Shown: positions 62,401 to 64,000 of the stretch, one piece after another
Layout of the letters: each line of letters opens with the position of its first letter
Numbering within the stretch: position 1 is the stretch's first letter
DNA from: Cheilinus undulatus
Taxonomy: Eukaryota
Assembly (NCBI RefSeq): GCF_018320785.1
Contig: NC_054885.1
Location: 14,981,132-15,045,131, forward strand
Length of the DNA stretch: 64,000 nt
Direction of reading: 5' to 3'
Program-made: the position numbers and the translations under genes
The notes under the pieces: model-generated
What the model was told of the DNA's origin: nothing
The model's database searches: none
What the model saw: the letters and a program-made list of their open reading frames with translations, nothing else

Positions 62401-64000
62401 CTTGTTGTGATGGCAGCTAAAGGGTTATGATGTGCACGGTTAAACAGAACAAGATGAAAATACTCTAAATATTTCTCATAACTAATACGGTTAACACTTT
62501 AAGTGGTGGAAACACTTTTTGTACTAAGATTCAAGTTAAAATATATAATTTCGATATTTCTAATCCACTGCAGCTTTCCTCTATGTATTTCACAATCTCC
62601 GTTTTAAAACACCATGCCATCCAAAGTAAGCTAATTTGACTGATTAGAAGTAACAAAGACTGAGCAGTGCACTTTGAGGCAGATAGACCTCTATTTAAGA
62701 AGTAAGTCATTCTTCTATGTTGTCTAACTGAGTCAGTAACTTCGCTCATGGTGCAAAAGTATCTAATGCCCAAAGGCATTCTGGGAAAACCCTGAAGATT
62801 AAAGGATGAATGTCAAAAAAATAGAGTACAATGGCAAAAAACTACTGAGTGATTGAGTACTGTTTGCTTTAAACTAAGCAATGTGTTCTGTCAACTCAGA
62901 TAAAGAGGGCGGAATTAGATATTTTGGATTTTTAAGTTAACATTACTTTTTTCTAACGACGTTTAACTGTCTGTCCTTACAGCATGTGTTTGAAGTTTCT
63001 CGTCAACTGGGCAGTGATTTGATTAAACACTTCAGATTCTTGGTGTTTATATGGCTGACAACCTAAAGTCAGTAGTACATAACGTATATGATGAAATCAT
63101 TTAAGCATAGAGTGAGGTCAAGGAACATGGCATTGTAGGAAAATGGTCTATTGATAATAAAGTATATTTTTATTTGTATTATAGTTTAGTTTGCAAGCTT
63201 TGGTTTTGCATGCTATAGCTACCATGTTCTTTAGCCTTTTTGCTAAAAACGGCTTTTATCTAACACAATTTTTTATTGTAATAAAATATGAATACAACTT
63301 ATAAAATCATAAATGGACTCTGGTTTAAATCAACAGTTTCTGTTTTACTAAACACAATATGTTGCTTAAAGCACATGAAAAAGAGAGTAATTGAAGTCAT
63401 GTTTTTCCATCCTGAAGTTTTAAAACTCACTTTTTCTCTGCTTTTGCACACAGCCTTAGGTCCTTAGAAGAGCTTTTCTTCAGAAGTCTACTTCCAGAGA
63501 CAGACACTATTAAGCGTTTCACAGACATTACCCCAAACTCAGCTAACTGCAGTGTCTACAGATTTCTCCTTTCATTAAAAGTTTTTAGTGTTTTTGTTTC
63601 CTGAATGGGTAAAAAAATTCTTTCTGTAAAGAGCAAGTTTACTGCTGGAGCTCATACTGGGCGGTTTCTGATGCTGCATTTAAAAAGCAGCCGTTGGATG
63701 TGTAATGGAGGGGTTTAGTCTTTGATCTGCTCTTTAGTGTGTGTGATGGTTTTAATGGTGGGGGGTGCCGAGGATGTCTTTCTGCTAATTGTTTGCACAT
63801 TTACCCCATTTCCTTTCTAAAGCTCTTTAAAGGTCTGGAATTACAGAAAACATGAAATCATGCAGATGTTTACACAAAAAAATCCTCACAATCAGCTGTA
63901 AAATAACTCACTGTTTTCTCTCTAGCATTCTGTCCTGGTCCTTGTTGTTGTTCCTGTCAGCATCCATGTTTCTGCAGCTCAGCAGGTCCAGTGAACAGTC

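Overview
This window looks like teleost-type (ray-finned fish) nuclear genomic DNA. It is intron-rich, AT-rich between genes, and carries microsatellites, Tc1/mariner remnants, TA-flanked MITEs, a tRNA-derived SINE and a LINE reverse-transcriptase tail. No prokaryotic-style system is present. Three protein-coding genes could be reconstructed by hand from splice signals and remembered homology.

(1) A 3-exon, 218-aa CD225/dispanin gene most similar to PRRT2 sits on the + strand at 1872..3061.

(2) A complete 16-exon major vault protein (MVP) gene sits on the - strand. Its CDS runs 36881 -> 25574 and encodes 879 aa. All exon phases are consistent and the total CDS length is divisible by 3.

(3) A TRIOBP/Tara-like gene (PH domain plus coiled coil) sits on the - strand from about 54684/53689 down to 43030. 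It contains one giant 2052-bp exon encoding an acidic, Ser/Glu/Leu-rich low-complexity region with a (GAT)10 poly-Asp run.

PRRT2 and MVP are neighbours in human 16p11.2, so this arrangement looks like conserved synteny, here without a recognisable PAGR1 between them.

The remaining sequence is repeat-dominated. It includes several structurally intact nonautonomous DNA transposons: three TA-flanked MITEs, one hAT-like element with an 8-bp TSD and an internal minisatellite, and a Tc1 deletion derivative with perfect TIRs. There is also a nested Tc1+MITE insertion cluster and a CpG/ETS-motif region at about 40.3 kb that probably holds the noncoding first exon and promoter of mvp.

The supplied ORF track uses alternative start codons (GTG/TTG shown as M). 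Many listed ORFs are antisense shadows or low-complexity artefacts.
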